A stretch of DNA of 64,000 bases from Escherichia phage LPEK22. Both the position numbers and the translations under genes were made by a program. Within the stretch, counting starts at the first letter, position 1, and each line of letters starts with the position of its first letter. The notes below the pieces were generated by a model. That model ran no database searches, had not been told where the DNA came from, and saw nothing but the letters and a program-made list of their open reading frames with translations. Of the stretch, positions 44,324 to 53,336 are shown piece by piece. The DNA lies in sequence record OK283619.1. One strand, given 5' to 3'.

Positions 44324-46342
44324 ATGGCAGAATTCAAACCCTTCGCAACGGCAGTTAATAACAACGTGCTGGCGATGTCCGCAACTGGTCTGTTCATGAC
44401 CAATATCGATAAAGATGCTCTTTGGGATCTGTATCTGGCATCTTTCCCTGCTGGTACTAACCCGCTGTACCGCGAACGTACTGAACACGATTGCACCTGC
44501 TGTAAACAATTCATCCGTAACATCGGCGGTGTTGTCACCATCGATTCAGAACTGAACGTAATTTCTATCTGGGACAACATTGATCTGGGTAATGAATATG
44601 ACGTGGTGGCTGCGGCTCTTTCCGCGTATGTCAAACAACACGCAATCGTCGATGTTTATTTTAACGATTCTGCCAAAGTCGGCCTGTCTCACAATCACGA
44701 ATCTGGTGAAGATGGCAAAATCCGTACTTACAATCATTTCCATACCCAATTACTTGGTAGCTATGTTCTGCGTCCGGACGCAATCGCTTCGAAAAAAGGT
44801 GAAATCCGCCAGGCTATTGAATTGTTTGAACGCGGTCTGCGTGAAATTACTCTGGAATCAGCTGAAATCGTTCTGGAACTGATTGACCAGAATTCTCTGT
44901 ATCGCGGCGCAGAACACAAAGCAGCAGTGAAGGGATTTGTTGAAACCAAAAAGGCATATGAACAAGTCCCCGAATCAGCCCGTTCTCTTTGGGCATGGCA
45001 TACTGGATACCGTTCAAACAATCATGTTCCACACGGCATCCGCAACACAGTTATCGGCACTCTGCTGACAGATATCAGCGAAGGCGTGGAACTGGAAAAG
45101 GCTGTTAAATCGTTTGAATCCAAAGTTGCTCCGGCGAACTACAAACGTCCGACAGCGCTGGTTTCAAAATCCATGATCGAAAACGCTCAGAAAGAAGTTA
45201 TTGCTCTGGGTTTGGAAGACTCACTGGCGCGTCGTTATGCGGTTTACGATGATCTGACAATCAACAACGTTCTGTTCGCAGATCTGGCCGCTCAGAAAGC
45301 GATGGATCCGTTTGCACAGCTGGCCGCCGAAGTGAAAACTCCGACCAAATCCCTGGAAAAAGTTGAAGAGATCAGCGTTGATGATTTCCTGAGCAATGTT
45401 CTGCCAAAAGCGCATTCAATGGAAGTGCTTGTAGAGAATTCTCATACTAGCAACCTGATGTCCCTGGTTGCTCCGGCGAACCCAGATGCGCCTAACCTGT
45501 TCAAGTGGAACAACGGTTTCTCCTGGTCTTACAACGGTGAAGTGACCGATTCCATTAAAGAACGTGTAAAGGCTGCTGGTGGTAAAGTTGACGGGTATCT
45601 GCGCGTTTCCTTGGCGTGGCACAACAACGACGACCTCGATCTGCATATGTTCAACAACATGGAGCACGTTTACTTCCGTGATCGCCGCTCTATGACAGGT
45701 GCCCATCTGGATATCGATATGAACGGTATGGATGGTATTGATCCAAACCGCGCTCCGGTGGAAAATATCATCTTTACAGATGAAAGCAAGCTGCGCGATG
45801 GTGAATACCGTTTCGAAATCCACAACTACAATCAACGTGAAAAAATCGACGAAGGGTTTGAAGTCGAAGTAGAATACAAAGGCGCAACGCATCGTTTCAG
45901 CCATCCTGGCCTGAAAGATCAGGGGCGTATCACTGCAGTCATCCTGACTGTTAAAGACAAACAAGTTGTTGGCATTAAGTCCGAACTGGCTAATGTTGAT
46001 AAGTCTAAAGAAGTTTGGGGTATCAAGACCGCGACCTTCCAGAAAGTACAGCTGGTTCTGAATTCACCAAACCATTGGGATGGGGAGCAAACTGGTAACA
46101 AGCATGTGTTCTTCATTCTTGAAGGCTGTGCTAATCCTGAAGGTACTCGTGGTTTCTACAACGAATATCTGAAGCCGGAACTGGATAAACATCGTAAGGT
46201 TTTTGAAATGTTGGGTAGTAAAATGAAAGTCCAGCCGAATGAAAACCAACTGTCCGGTCTGGGATTCTCGACGACGCAACGCAACCACGTGTTCGTCAAA
46301 GTGTCCGGCGCGTTTAACCGTACTGTAAAAGTCATTTTCTAA
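44324..46342 (+). CDS. Hypothetical protein (672 aa), unassigned
   Basis: Long clean ORF with ATG and upstream caggaagactataccATG context. No motif recognised by eye. Confidence 0.6.
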   Translation: MAEFKPFATAVNNNVLAMSATGLFMTNIDKDALWDLYLASFPAGTNPLYRERTEHDCTCCKQFIRNIGGVVTIDSELNVISIWDNIDLGNEYDVVAAALSAYVKQHAIVDVYFNDSAKVGLSHNHESGEDGKIRTYNHFHTQLLGSYVLRPDAIASKKGEIRQAIELFERGLREITLESAEIVLELIDQNSLYRGAEHKAAVKGFVETKKAYEQVPESARSLWAWHTGYRSNNHVPHGIRNTVIGTLLTDISEGVELEKAVKSFESKVAPANYKRPTALVSKSMIENAQKEVIALGLEDSLARRYAVYDDLTINNVLFADLAAQKAMDPFAQLAAEVKTPTKSLEKVEEISVDDFLSNVLPKAHSMEVLVENSHTSNLMSLVAPANPDAPNLFKWNNGFSWSYNGEVTDSIKERVKAAGGKVDGYLRVSLAWHNNDDLDLHMFNNMEHVYFRDRRSMTGAHLDIDMNGMDGIDPNRAPVENIIFTDESKLRDGEYRFEIHNYNQREKIDEGFEVEVEYKGATHRFSHPGLKDQGRITAVILTVKDKQVVGIKSELANVDKSKEVWGIKTATFQKVQLVLNSPNHWDGEQTGNKHVFFILEGCANPEGTRGFYNEYLKPELDKHRKVFEMLGSKMKVQPNENQLSGLGFSTTQRNHVFVKVSGAFNRTVKVIF

Positions 46343-46379
46343 TTGATTTGACCACAAATTCGTAATAAGGAACAATGAA

Positions 46380-46751
46380 ATGTTTGATCAAGCAACCCGT
46401 TTAAAACTGCGTTTCAACTCTAACAAAGGTCTGCTGTCTGTTGAGCAGGTTTGGGATCTGAACCTGAATGCCCTAAACGAACTGGCGAAAGACCTCAGCC
46501 GTCAGGTGAAGGAAGCCGCCAGCGATGAAGAAGATTTCATCGGCGTGAAAAGCGCAGTCGACTCTCAGTTACAACTGCGTTTCGATATCGTGAAAGCGAT
46601 CATCGGTGTCAAACTGAAAGAACGTGACGAAAGCGCAACCGCCGCCGAACGTAAAGCGAACAACCAGGTTATTCTGGAACTGATCCAGCGTAAGAAACAG
46701 CAGGAGCTTGAAGGTAAATCTGTTGAAGAACTGGAAGCGCTGTTGAAATAA
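46380..46751 (+). CDS. Hypothetical coiled-coil protein (123 aa)
   Basis: ATG with RBS taaggaa. Followed by a strong terminator. Confidence 0.5.
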   Translation: MFDQATRLKLRFNSNKGLLSVEQVWDLNLNALNELAKDLSRQVKEAASDEEDFIGVKSAVDSQLQLRFDIVKAIIGVKLKERDESATAAERKANNQVILELIQRKKQQELEGKSVEELEALLK

Positions 46752-46771
46752 TCTGTCGGCTCCGGCCTGAG

Positions 46772-46800
46772 CAACCCCGCCTTGTGCGGGGTTTCTTTTG
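46772..46800 (+). terminator. Rho-independent terminator
   Basis: ccccgccttgtgcgggg hairpin plus tttcttttg. Confidence 0.75.
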
Positions 46801-46810
46801 GAGAAATATT

Positions 46811-47047
46811 ATGAAACAAATTACTAAGACAGTACAAATCACCCAATATCAAACGGATGACGGCAGAGTGTTCGATACTCTTGGTCAGGCCGAACATTAT
46901 GAGAAGATGAAGTCCGGTATTCGCAAGGTATGCCCTTCTTGTGATGGCAAAGGTCGCGACTCTCCGTCTGGCGACGGGCGTGATATGACGACTTGTCATT
47001 ATTGTGGTGGTAAAGGCTGGGTAGAAAAGAAAGAGATATGGGGTTAA
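46811..47047 (+). CDS. Small zinc-ribbon protein (78 aa)
   Basis: ATG at 46811 (track start is GTG). CPSCDGKG...CHYCGGKG. Confidence 0.4.
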   Translation: MKQITKTVQITQYQTDDGRVFDTLGQAEHYEKMKSGIRKVCPSCDGKGRDSPSGDGRDMTTCHYCGGKGWVEKKEIWG

Positions 47048-47457
47048 TGAAACCTGTCATCTGTGATTACTGCGGCCTTCCTGCCAAATACGTCGGGGGT
47101 GATGTTGTATACCCCCACCGCCCTGAACTCCGCAATCTGAAGTTCTGGGTGTGCACTCCATGTGACGCCCGAGTCGGTTGCCATAAACATGGTGATGGAA
47201 AGACCCCTATGGGAAGGATGGCGAATGCCGCTCTCCGTGCTGCTAAGCAGGAAGCTCATAGGTCGTTTGACCCTATCTGGAAAAGTGGGCAGAGGAGCAG
47301 GAGTGATGCTTACAGCTGGCTGGCTCATAATCTGGGGATCAAGAAGCGCGATTGCCATATCGGCTTGTTCGATATCGACACGTGCCGTAAAGTAATATCT
47401 GTGTGTGACCAACTAGAGGTGTCAAACGATGTCAAAGGAAATACAAGAATCTTTTGA
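47047..47457 (+). CDS. Cys-rich hypothetical protein (about 136 aa)
   Basis: ATG overlapping the upstream stop (TAATG). CDYCG...CTPCD pattern. Confidence 0.4.
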   Translation: MKPVICDYCGLPAKYVGGDVVYPHRPELRNLKFWVCTPCDARVGCHKHGDGKTPMGRMANAALRAAKQEAHRSFDPIWKSGQRSRSDAYSWLAHNLGIKKRDCHIGLFDIDTCRKVISVCDQLEVSNDVKGNTRIF

Positions 47458-47680
47458 AAAGTTATCTCAGGTAATGACCGATTGCAACCGCCGAAATTAT
47501 TGCGATGAAGCGTATACGCAATTGAAAACCGTCGTCGAATCTGAGTTGAATAACCTTTCAACTTTTAAAGATATTCAGACCGAAGTGCTATATCTGTCGG
47601 ATGAAGATTTAAGGCGTTGTCCCCGCAAGATTTACCAATTACTGGATCGTTTGGTGAAAGTGGGGGTGGATAATGGGTAA
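47429..47680 (+). CDS. Hypothetical protein (83 aa)
   Basis: ATG with RBS gaggtg. Confidence 0.4.
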   Translation: MSKEIQESFEKLSQVMTDCNRRNYCDEAYTQLKTVVESELNNLSTFKDIQTEVLYLSDEDLRRCPRKIYQLLDRLVKVGVDNG

Positions 47681-48398
47681 TCGTGAAGGGATTAAACTCA
47701 CTCCAGAACTTCTAAAGTCCCACATCGCCGAAGTGATTTATGAAGACCGTGAAGTCGGTGGTCATCGTGTCATTACATGCCACTTCAAGATGGACAATGG
47801 CTTCGTCGTCTGGGGGAAGAATAGTTCAACTTCTATCGACCCAGCCAACTTTGATGAAGAGTTGGGTAAGAAACTGGCCTATGAAAAGACCTTCTCCCAG
47901 CTGTGGGAACTGGAAGCATATCGCGCGATGGTAGAAAAGCAGATCATCGATGTGTCCGTCAAAGATGCTAAGATCAACATTGATGAATATGTGTCAGAAA
48001 GGGAAGCGATACATGAGATGGGTGGTTCTGAATTCCTTAAGGGTAAAGGACAATCTGTCGTGTTTCGTCATCCCAAGGATCCAAGTCGGGGATTTCGAGT
48101 TGAATTTGTTCGCACCGATAACGAACGTTATAACGAACGACGTAATGGTGAAGCAAGATCTTTGGTGGAAGCGTATCTTCGCTCGTTCATGACTTCTGAA
48201 GAACTAAATTCTGAACTTGTTTTGCGTTTGGCGAAAACGTGTAATGCTGCTTCAGGGGATTATCCGTGGTGTGACCTGTCAGAAGACAAACGCCAAGCAG
48301 CTTGTGATCGTGTTAAGAAATTCTTGTTAGATCCGAAAGCCGAACCTGATGATTCCGTGGGGGCGCTGTATAGAGCCATCGTGGTGTCATACTTGTGA
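47673..48398 (+). CDS. Hypothetical protein (241 aa) with N-terminal phage Gp49/gp66-like domain, tentative
   Basis: LTPELLKSHIAEVIYEDREVGGHRVITCHFKMDNGFVVWG...LAYEKTFSQLWELEAY resembles the N4 gp49 / Sf6 gp66 family pattern as recalled. Confidence 0.45.
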   Translation: MGNREGIKLTPELLKSHIAEVIYEDREVGGHRVITCHFKMDNGFVVWGKNSSTSIDPANFDEELGKKLAYEKTFSQLWELEAYRAMVEKQIIDVSVKDAKINIDEYVSEREAIHEMGGSEFLKGKGQSVVFRHPKDPSRGFRVEFVRTDNERYNERRNGEARSLVEAYLRSFMTSEELNSELVLRLAKTCNAASGDYPWCDLSEDKRQAACDRVKKFLLDPKAEPDDSVGALYRAIVVSYL

Positions 48399-48497
48399 TT
48401 TTCAAAAGTCTTTCAAAATCAATAACGTCCGGCAAATTGCTGGGCGTTTCAATTAACAAGCCAAGGTATAATGGTCTAATTGTAAAGCGAGGAAATC

Positions 48498-48857
48498 ATG
48501 TCCGTAAAAATGAAAGGTGTTGAATTCAACGCCTACTATAACGATGACGAATATTGGGAAAAGGGTGCTTGGCACGATGATCATTGCGTCAAAGTTAATG
48601 GAGAATACCGTGAAGAACTCGATGAAAATATTCCAGACGATGCTGATGTCGTAATTGAGTCAGGCACAGTTTATATCCCTGTAGCTGGAGAAAGTGGTGC
48701 TGAAGAGAAAGATATCCAGTTGGTCACTCATTTCAAGAATTGGCGTAAGAAAAAGAACTTTTCTTTCATTGTTGTGATTGTAAAGAAAGATAAGGCGTCG
48801 GAAGTCCGTGAAGCCCTGAAGAATATTTCTGGTGTCATGGAAGTGAAAGGGAATTGA
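48498..48857 (+). CDS. Hypothetical protein (119 aa)
   Basis: ATG with RBS gaggaa. Confidence 0.45.
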   Translation: MSVKMKGVEFNAYYNDDEYWEKGAWHDDHCVKVNGEYREELDENIPDDADVVIESGTVYIPVAGESGAEEKDIQLVTHFKNWRKKKNFSFIVVIVKKDKASEVREALKNISGVMEVKGN

Positions 48858-48858
48858 T

Positions 48859-49029
48859 ATGACCAAACCATTTTTGCGTTCAGGAGTTGACTCTCTTGAC
48901 TCACAGTTTAAACCCAGCGAAGTTTTAATCCAACAGATTGAAACTAATCGCGAATTCATAGAACACATGCTGGCGAAGCCGGAAGGTGAAGCCGTCCATA
49001 CCACTAAAGAAGGTAATAACGATGATTGA
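48859..49029 (+). CDS. Possible small ORF (56 aa)
   Basis: ATG with RBS aaggga. Overlaps the start of the vWA gene. Under 60 aa, so absent from the track. Confidence 0.2.
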   Translation: MTKPFLRSGVDSLDSQFKPSEVLIQQIETNREFIEHMLAKPEGEAVHTTKEGNNDD

Positions 49030-51238
49030 ATCATTAACATTTAAGAATGCGGTTGCGACCGTCGCGCCGTCTAACCATGTAATCGTTGTGGATATCTCCG
49101 GTTCCATGTATCGTTCACTTCCAGAAGTCCGTAAGCATCTGAAGGAGAACCTGCCTTCCCTGGTGAAACCGGAAGATACTGTGAGCATCCTTTACTTTTC
49201 ATCTCGCGGTGATTTCGGAACGGTATTTGCCGGACGTCAGATTAACAGTGCAACTGACCTCAGTGAGATCAATAATCTAATTGACCGTTTCCTGAAGCCT
49301 TCTGGTTGTACTGGTTTTGTTGAGCCGCTGAAACTGGCTGCGGAAACTGCCATTAGCCTGAATAAACCTGGTTATGTTAACAACCTGGCATTCATGACCG
49401 ACGGGTATGACAACTGCTGGCGTTCTAATGAAATCCTGGATGCCGCTGAAGTACTGCCCAAAGCGTTTGATAACATTACCTTCATCGAATACGGTTGGTA
49501 TTGTAATCGCGAACTGCTGGGGCTAATGGCAGAACGTTCTGGTGCGACCCACGTATTCGCCGAAGGACAGAATGAATATCAGACCGAATTGGAAAACGTG
49601 CTGAAAACTTCTTCACCGAAAGTTGTAGTCGATGTTCCTCTGGTTTATACCCATGCCATTTATGTTGAAAATGGCGTGGCGACTGTTTTAGCTGTGCATC
49701 CTGATGAAGAGCACCCTATTGGCCACGTCAGCATCCCTGAAAGCGTTTCTCAGCTGTGGGTTGTAAACCCCAACATGATCGACCAGCTGGATAATCTGGC
49801 AGACATCCAAGCGGCATACGTGCTGGCATTTTACGGCGTGTATACCATGGACGCCGATCTGGTCTGGGCCGCGCTGAAGAAGACGGGTGACGTCCGCTTC
49901 ATCAAACAGTACAGCAACTGTTTCACCAAGCAGGACTATTCCAACATCAAAGTCGATCTGACTCAGGCTATCGTAGACGAATCTCTGCGAGGAGTTGATG
50001 GCATCGATTATAATATGGTTCCGGCTGAAGACGCCACCACCATTGTTGATGTTCTGACGTATCTGGCTGAAGCAGATGTCTCTATCGTCACCAAGCATCC
50101 ACTATTCTCTTACAAGAGCATTGGGCGCGGTACTGTACAGAAAGTTGATGACACCGAAGACAAGTTGGCCGAAGAGATTGCGAATGCGACTTCTAAAGAA
50201 GAGCGTAAAGCCCTGGCGCTCAAACTGGCCGAGCACGAAGATTGGACCCCCGAATTCAATCCGGTTGATGATAAAGGGATTGTCCCGATCAGCAATTTGG
50301 TCTACAATTCAGAACGTCCTAACATCAGTGTGCAGACAGTTCAACACGGAACGGTTGTTGTGCCTGAGTTTGTACAGAAGAAATATGAACTTCCTGAAGA
50401 GCTGGGGACCTGGCGTTATCGCAATTACACCATTGTCAAGGATGGTATCATCAACCTGAAAACAATGCCTATCACTGCAGATTCTCCGATTGTTCGGGCT
50501 AAGGTGGCACAGGATTTGACTGCCATGGGTGTTCATGTGTTTGGTGGACCGGAAGTCTTCATTGTAAATCTGGAAAGTGTCCCAATGGTTAACCGCGCCA
50601 TGACAAAGAATATCAGTGCTGCTGAATTCTTTGCAGACAATGTGCGCCGTGAAGCATTGAAGGCAAAACAGAAAGTTCTGAAATTCTACCGTGATGAACT
50701 GGTTGGTAAAGGCAACGCTACTGGTCTGGCTTCAAAATATGGCAAAGAAGCAGCTGATTTCCTGTCAGCAAACGGAATTCGCGACTATGGATTTTCACCG
50801 AAGACTTCTTCTGTAGAATCAACCGATGTCTATATGAGTCGTGAATTGAATGTGAAAATCAAAGGCGCATCTTCACTGCCGAGCATCGCGTCTGTTATCA
50901 AAAAACAGACGGACGGTAAAAAACTGAATGTCGCTGATCAGCTGATCGCTAATGCCCTGGCTGAATACAATGCATTTGTTAAATCGCCGATGATCACCAG
51001 CGTACCGGAAGAGACTCAGAAAAAGCTGATTGAAAGCTGGATCGGAGACGCAGCAAAAGCGGCCATTAACGAAGTCCGCGCCCTGAACAAAACGCTGTCC
51101 AAGGTAGTTTATGGGATTGTTGCAGGCCATGGTTGGTTTACCGACCTGGATTTGGAAGAATCCACTATGGATGTGGAAGTTGATGGGGTGAAATACACCG
51201 TCACTGCCGAACTGGCTGAAAAAGAAGTCAAAATCTAA
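49022..51238 (+). CDS. von Willebrand factor A (vWA) domain protein with MIDAS motif (738 aa)
   Basis: ATG at 49022 with RBS aaagaaggt (track start is GTG). N-terminal VVDISGSM...FMTDG fits the MIDAS pattern (DxSxS...T...D). Long C-terminal region unassigned. Confidence 0.7.
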   Translation: MIESLTFKNAVATVAPSNHVIVVDISGSMYRSLPEVRKHLKENLPSLVKPEDTVSILYFSSRGDFGTVFAGRQINSATDLSEINNLIDRFLKPSGCTGFVEPLKLAAETAISLNKPGYVNNLAFMTDGYDNCWRSNEILDAAEVLPKAFDNITFIEYGWYCNRELLGLMAERSGATHVFAEGQNEYQTELENVLKTSSPKVVVDVPLVYTHAIYVENGVATVLAVHPDEEHPIGHVSIPESVSQLWVVNPNMIDQLDNLADIQAAYVLAFYGVYTMDADLVWAALKKTGDVRFIKQYSNCFTKQDYSNIKVDLTQAIVDESLRGVDGIDYNMVPAEDATTIVDVLTYLAEADVSIVTKHPLFSYKSIGRGTVQKVDDTEDKLAEEIANATSKEERKALALKLAEHEDWTPEFNPVDDKGIVPISNLVYNSERPNISVQTVQHGTVVVPEFVQKKYELPEELGTWRYRNYTIVKDGIINLKTMPITADSPIVRAKVAQDLTAMGVHVFGGPEVFIVNLESVPMVNRAMTKNISAAEFFADNVRREALKAKQKVLKFYRDELVGKGNATGLASKYGKEAADFLSANGIRDYGFSPKTSSVESTDVYMSRELNVKIKGASSLPSIASVIKKQTDGKKLNVADQLIANALAEYNAFVKSPMITSVPEETQKKLIESWIGDAAKAAINEVRALNKTLSKVVYGIVAGHGWFTDLDLEESTMDVEVDGVKYTVTAELAEKEVKI

Positions 51239-51244
51239 ATTCAA

Positions 51245-51272
51245 CTGGCGGGGAAACCCGCCTTCATTTTGA
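51245..51272 (+). terminator. Rho-independent terminator
   Basis: ggcggggaaacccgcc hairpin plus ttcattttg. Confidence 0.7.
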
Positions 51273-51275
51273 GAT

Positions 51276-51593
51276 ATGCTTATGTCAAACAAACCAACTT
51301 ATGTTGAAGTAATGCGTGTTCTGGCTCAGTACGCTTGTGACAACCTGAACATGGAAACCTGGCGCAACGGGGATCACAAGGACAAGTTTGATAACATTGA
51401 TGATAATATCGATGCTTTAGCGCCGTTACGGGTTAAGAATGATCTCGGCGGTGACGATCTTGACATGATTGAGCTGGTCATGGAAATCGAAGAAGAGTAC
51501 GATGTAGAAATTAGTGACGAGTGGGTGGGTAAACATGGAGATGATCCTACCCTCGGAGAGTTAGCTGAACTCGTCGTTGTTCTCTGCAAATAA
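51276..51593 (+). CDS. Acyl-carrier-protein-like protein lacking the phosphopantetheine-site Ser (Ser to Asp)
   Basis: DLGGDDLDMIELVMEIEEEYDVEISDE aligns with the ACP helix II region ([20 protein letters not shown]..EIPDE). The position of the conserved Ser is Asp. Confidence 0.6.
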   Translation: MLMSNKPTYVEVMRVLAQYACDNLNMETWRNGDHKDKFDNIDDNIDALAPLRVKNDLGGDDLDMIELVMEIEEEYDVEISDEWVGKHGDDPTLGELAELVVVLCK

Positions 51594-51602
51594 TAATCCA
51601 TG

Positions 51603-51632
51603 AAATCCCCAATAATTATTGGGGATTTTTAC
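51603..51632 (+). terminator. Rho-independent terminator
   Basis: aaatcccca/tggggattt stem followed by a T-run. Confidence 0.75.
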
Positions 51633-51724
51633 TTTCAAAGGCTTTACTTGAATAAACATTTGCCGTATTATTCAATAACTGGCTAACGTGGGGTTGGTCA
51701 GAAATTGAATAGGTTGATTATAAC

Positions 51725-51964
51725 ATGTCAAACAAGAAAGTAGAAACGGCAGTAGAAATAGACCGCAATTGGGGCTTGCTCCGCGCTAAAGGATTCCGCC
51801 GTGTGTACATGACTAAGGAAGTCTATGCTTCGCGCCGAGATGTTATCATTAGCAAGAAAGGAAAAGTATGGGTTGCTGAAGAGGTTGATGCCGAAACGGG
51901 TGTCGTCGGTAAGGTTAAAGCCAAGGCGAATATTCTTTTCGCTCTTCTGAAGCATATCAATTAA
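51725..51964 (+). CDS. Hypothetical protein (79 aa)
   Basis: ATG start. Confidence 0.4.
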   Translation: MSNKKVETAVEIDRNWGLLRAKGFRRVYMTKEVYASRRDVIISKKGKVWVAEEVDAETGVVGKVKAKANILFALLKHIN

Positions 51965-52023
51965 TTCTATAAATTATGGCGGGGTATGATTACCCCGCCG
52001 ATTTGAAATGCAGGAACTATACC

Positions 52024-52479
52024 ATGACCCGTATCAATGTTATTCCCGTTGAATCTCTTTGCGACCAACACCTCCTTGCCGAGTACAAAGAACTTGCGCC
52101 AGTTGTCCTTAACGTGGTGAATGGAAAACGCCGTAATCTCAAGGGCGCTCCAAAGCAGTACAAACTCAACGAAGGTCATGTGCTGTTCTTCCGCGACAAA
52201 CTCATTTATCTGATCGAGCGCTACGATCAGCTTGTTGCCGAACTGATTTCTCGTGGGTATGTTGTCAACTATCCTTCGCTCCGCAATCAGGTGACGTCTG
52301 ACAATCGACAGGAACTCGCGATCTATTTGAACGATTACCAACCGACCCAGGCAGCAGTAGAAGAGAATGCCGAGCGCATTGTCGAACGTCTGAATGGCAT
52401 GGGCAAGATCACGTATAACAGAACACCAGTAGATCCATCCTACATGGTGAACGTTATGAAACAAACATTCCAATTTTGA
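52024..52479 (+). CDS. denV: Pyrimidine-dimer DNA glycosylase, T4 endonuclease V (DenV)-like
   Basis: N-terminus MTRINVIPVESLCDQHLLAEYKEL parallels T4 DenV ([24 protein letters not shown]). ATG at 52024 with RBS (track start upstream is an alternative start). Confidence 0.85.
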   Translation: MTRINVIPVESLCDQHLLAEYKELAPVVLNVVNGKRRNLKGAPKQYKLNEGHVLFFRDKLIYLIERYDQLVAELISRGYVVNYPSLRNQVTSDNRQELAIYLNDYQPTQAAVEENAERIVERLNGMGKITYNRTPVDPSYMVNVMKQTFQF

Positions 52480-52491
52480 AGAGACTATATC

Positions 52492-52770
52492 ATGACAGAT
52501 CAAAGAAGTATTGCTCGTTCGGAAATCAAAGATATTATACAGAGCAAAACCAACGAAACTCATGCTCAATCCAGAATGCTATCTCGATTTGTTGAAATTA
52601 AGTTTGACATTGAAGAGAATAACAATCGGAGAGCGCTGGAGGGAATGTTGGCGATTATCTTGGGCCATGTCACCAATTCAGCATACGACATGGATGATTT
52701 AACTCGTTTGTTGAACGCCCAGAATAACGTTGGGAATTCTGTTCGCGAATTGCTGTTTAAGTCCGAATGA
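52492..52770 (+). CDS. Hypothetical protein (92 aa)
   Basis: ATG start. Confidence 0.4.
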   Translation: MTDQRSIARSEIKDIIQSKTNETHAQSRMLSRFVEIKFDIEENNNRRALEGMLAIILGHVTNSAYDMDDLTRLLNAQNNVGNSVRELLFKSE

Positions 52771-52807
52771 ACTAACTAAGGGATAATCCTATATCCCGAG
52801 GTGTGTC

Positions 52808-53257
52808 ATGTTCCTTACATCCTTTATTGACTGGATGAATATCATAAATGGCCTGAGGATTCCTGTTGGGAACCTCGGGCTTTCTCGTTCTTCTATGCCG
52901 CAAATCGATGCCGACAAACAAGAAGATTTTCACAAATATCTTGAAGACAACGGCGTGTCCATAGATGCTGCGCAAGTGCCCATCAAAATGCTTCGTCTTA
53001 CCCAGAACGAAATCAATAAAATGAAGGTCTGGAAGATTATGAAGCAGATCAGAAATAAGAAGCCCATGGGTCGAGTTTGGGTGTCTTCTGACAATTACGT
53101 TGTTGACGGGTCTCACCGATTTGTCGCTGCGTTGAACATGGACGGCAAACAGCGCATGAAGGTCTACAAAGTTGATTTGCCAGCGATGGAATTTGTTAAA
53201 CTCGCTAAACAGTTTCAGGGTGTGCGATACAGAACGGTCAGCGATACCCGTTTCTGA
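52808..53257 (+). CDS. ParB/Srx-like nuclease-domain protein (149 aa), tentative
   Basis: VVDGSHRFVAA resembles the DGxHR core of the ParB N-terminal domain. RBS gaggtg. Confidence 0.45.
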   Translation: MFLTSFIDWMNIINGLRIPVGNLGLSRSSMPQIDADKQEDFHKYLEDNGVSIDAAQVPIKMLRLTQNEINKMKVWKIMKQIRNKKPMGRVWVSSDNYVVDGSHRFVAALNMDGKQRMKVYKVDLPAMEFVKLAKQFQGVRYRTVSDTRF

Positions 53258-53336
53258 ATACGATAGTTTATTGAAACCCTTTACTCAACATGGTGACAGC
53301 CCTATCATTTTATCCAATGAAATAAGGAGAATCACC

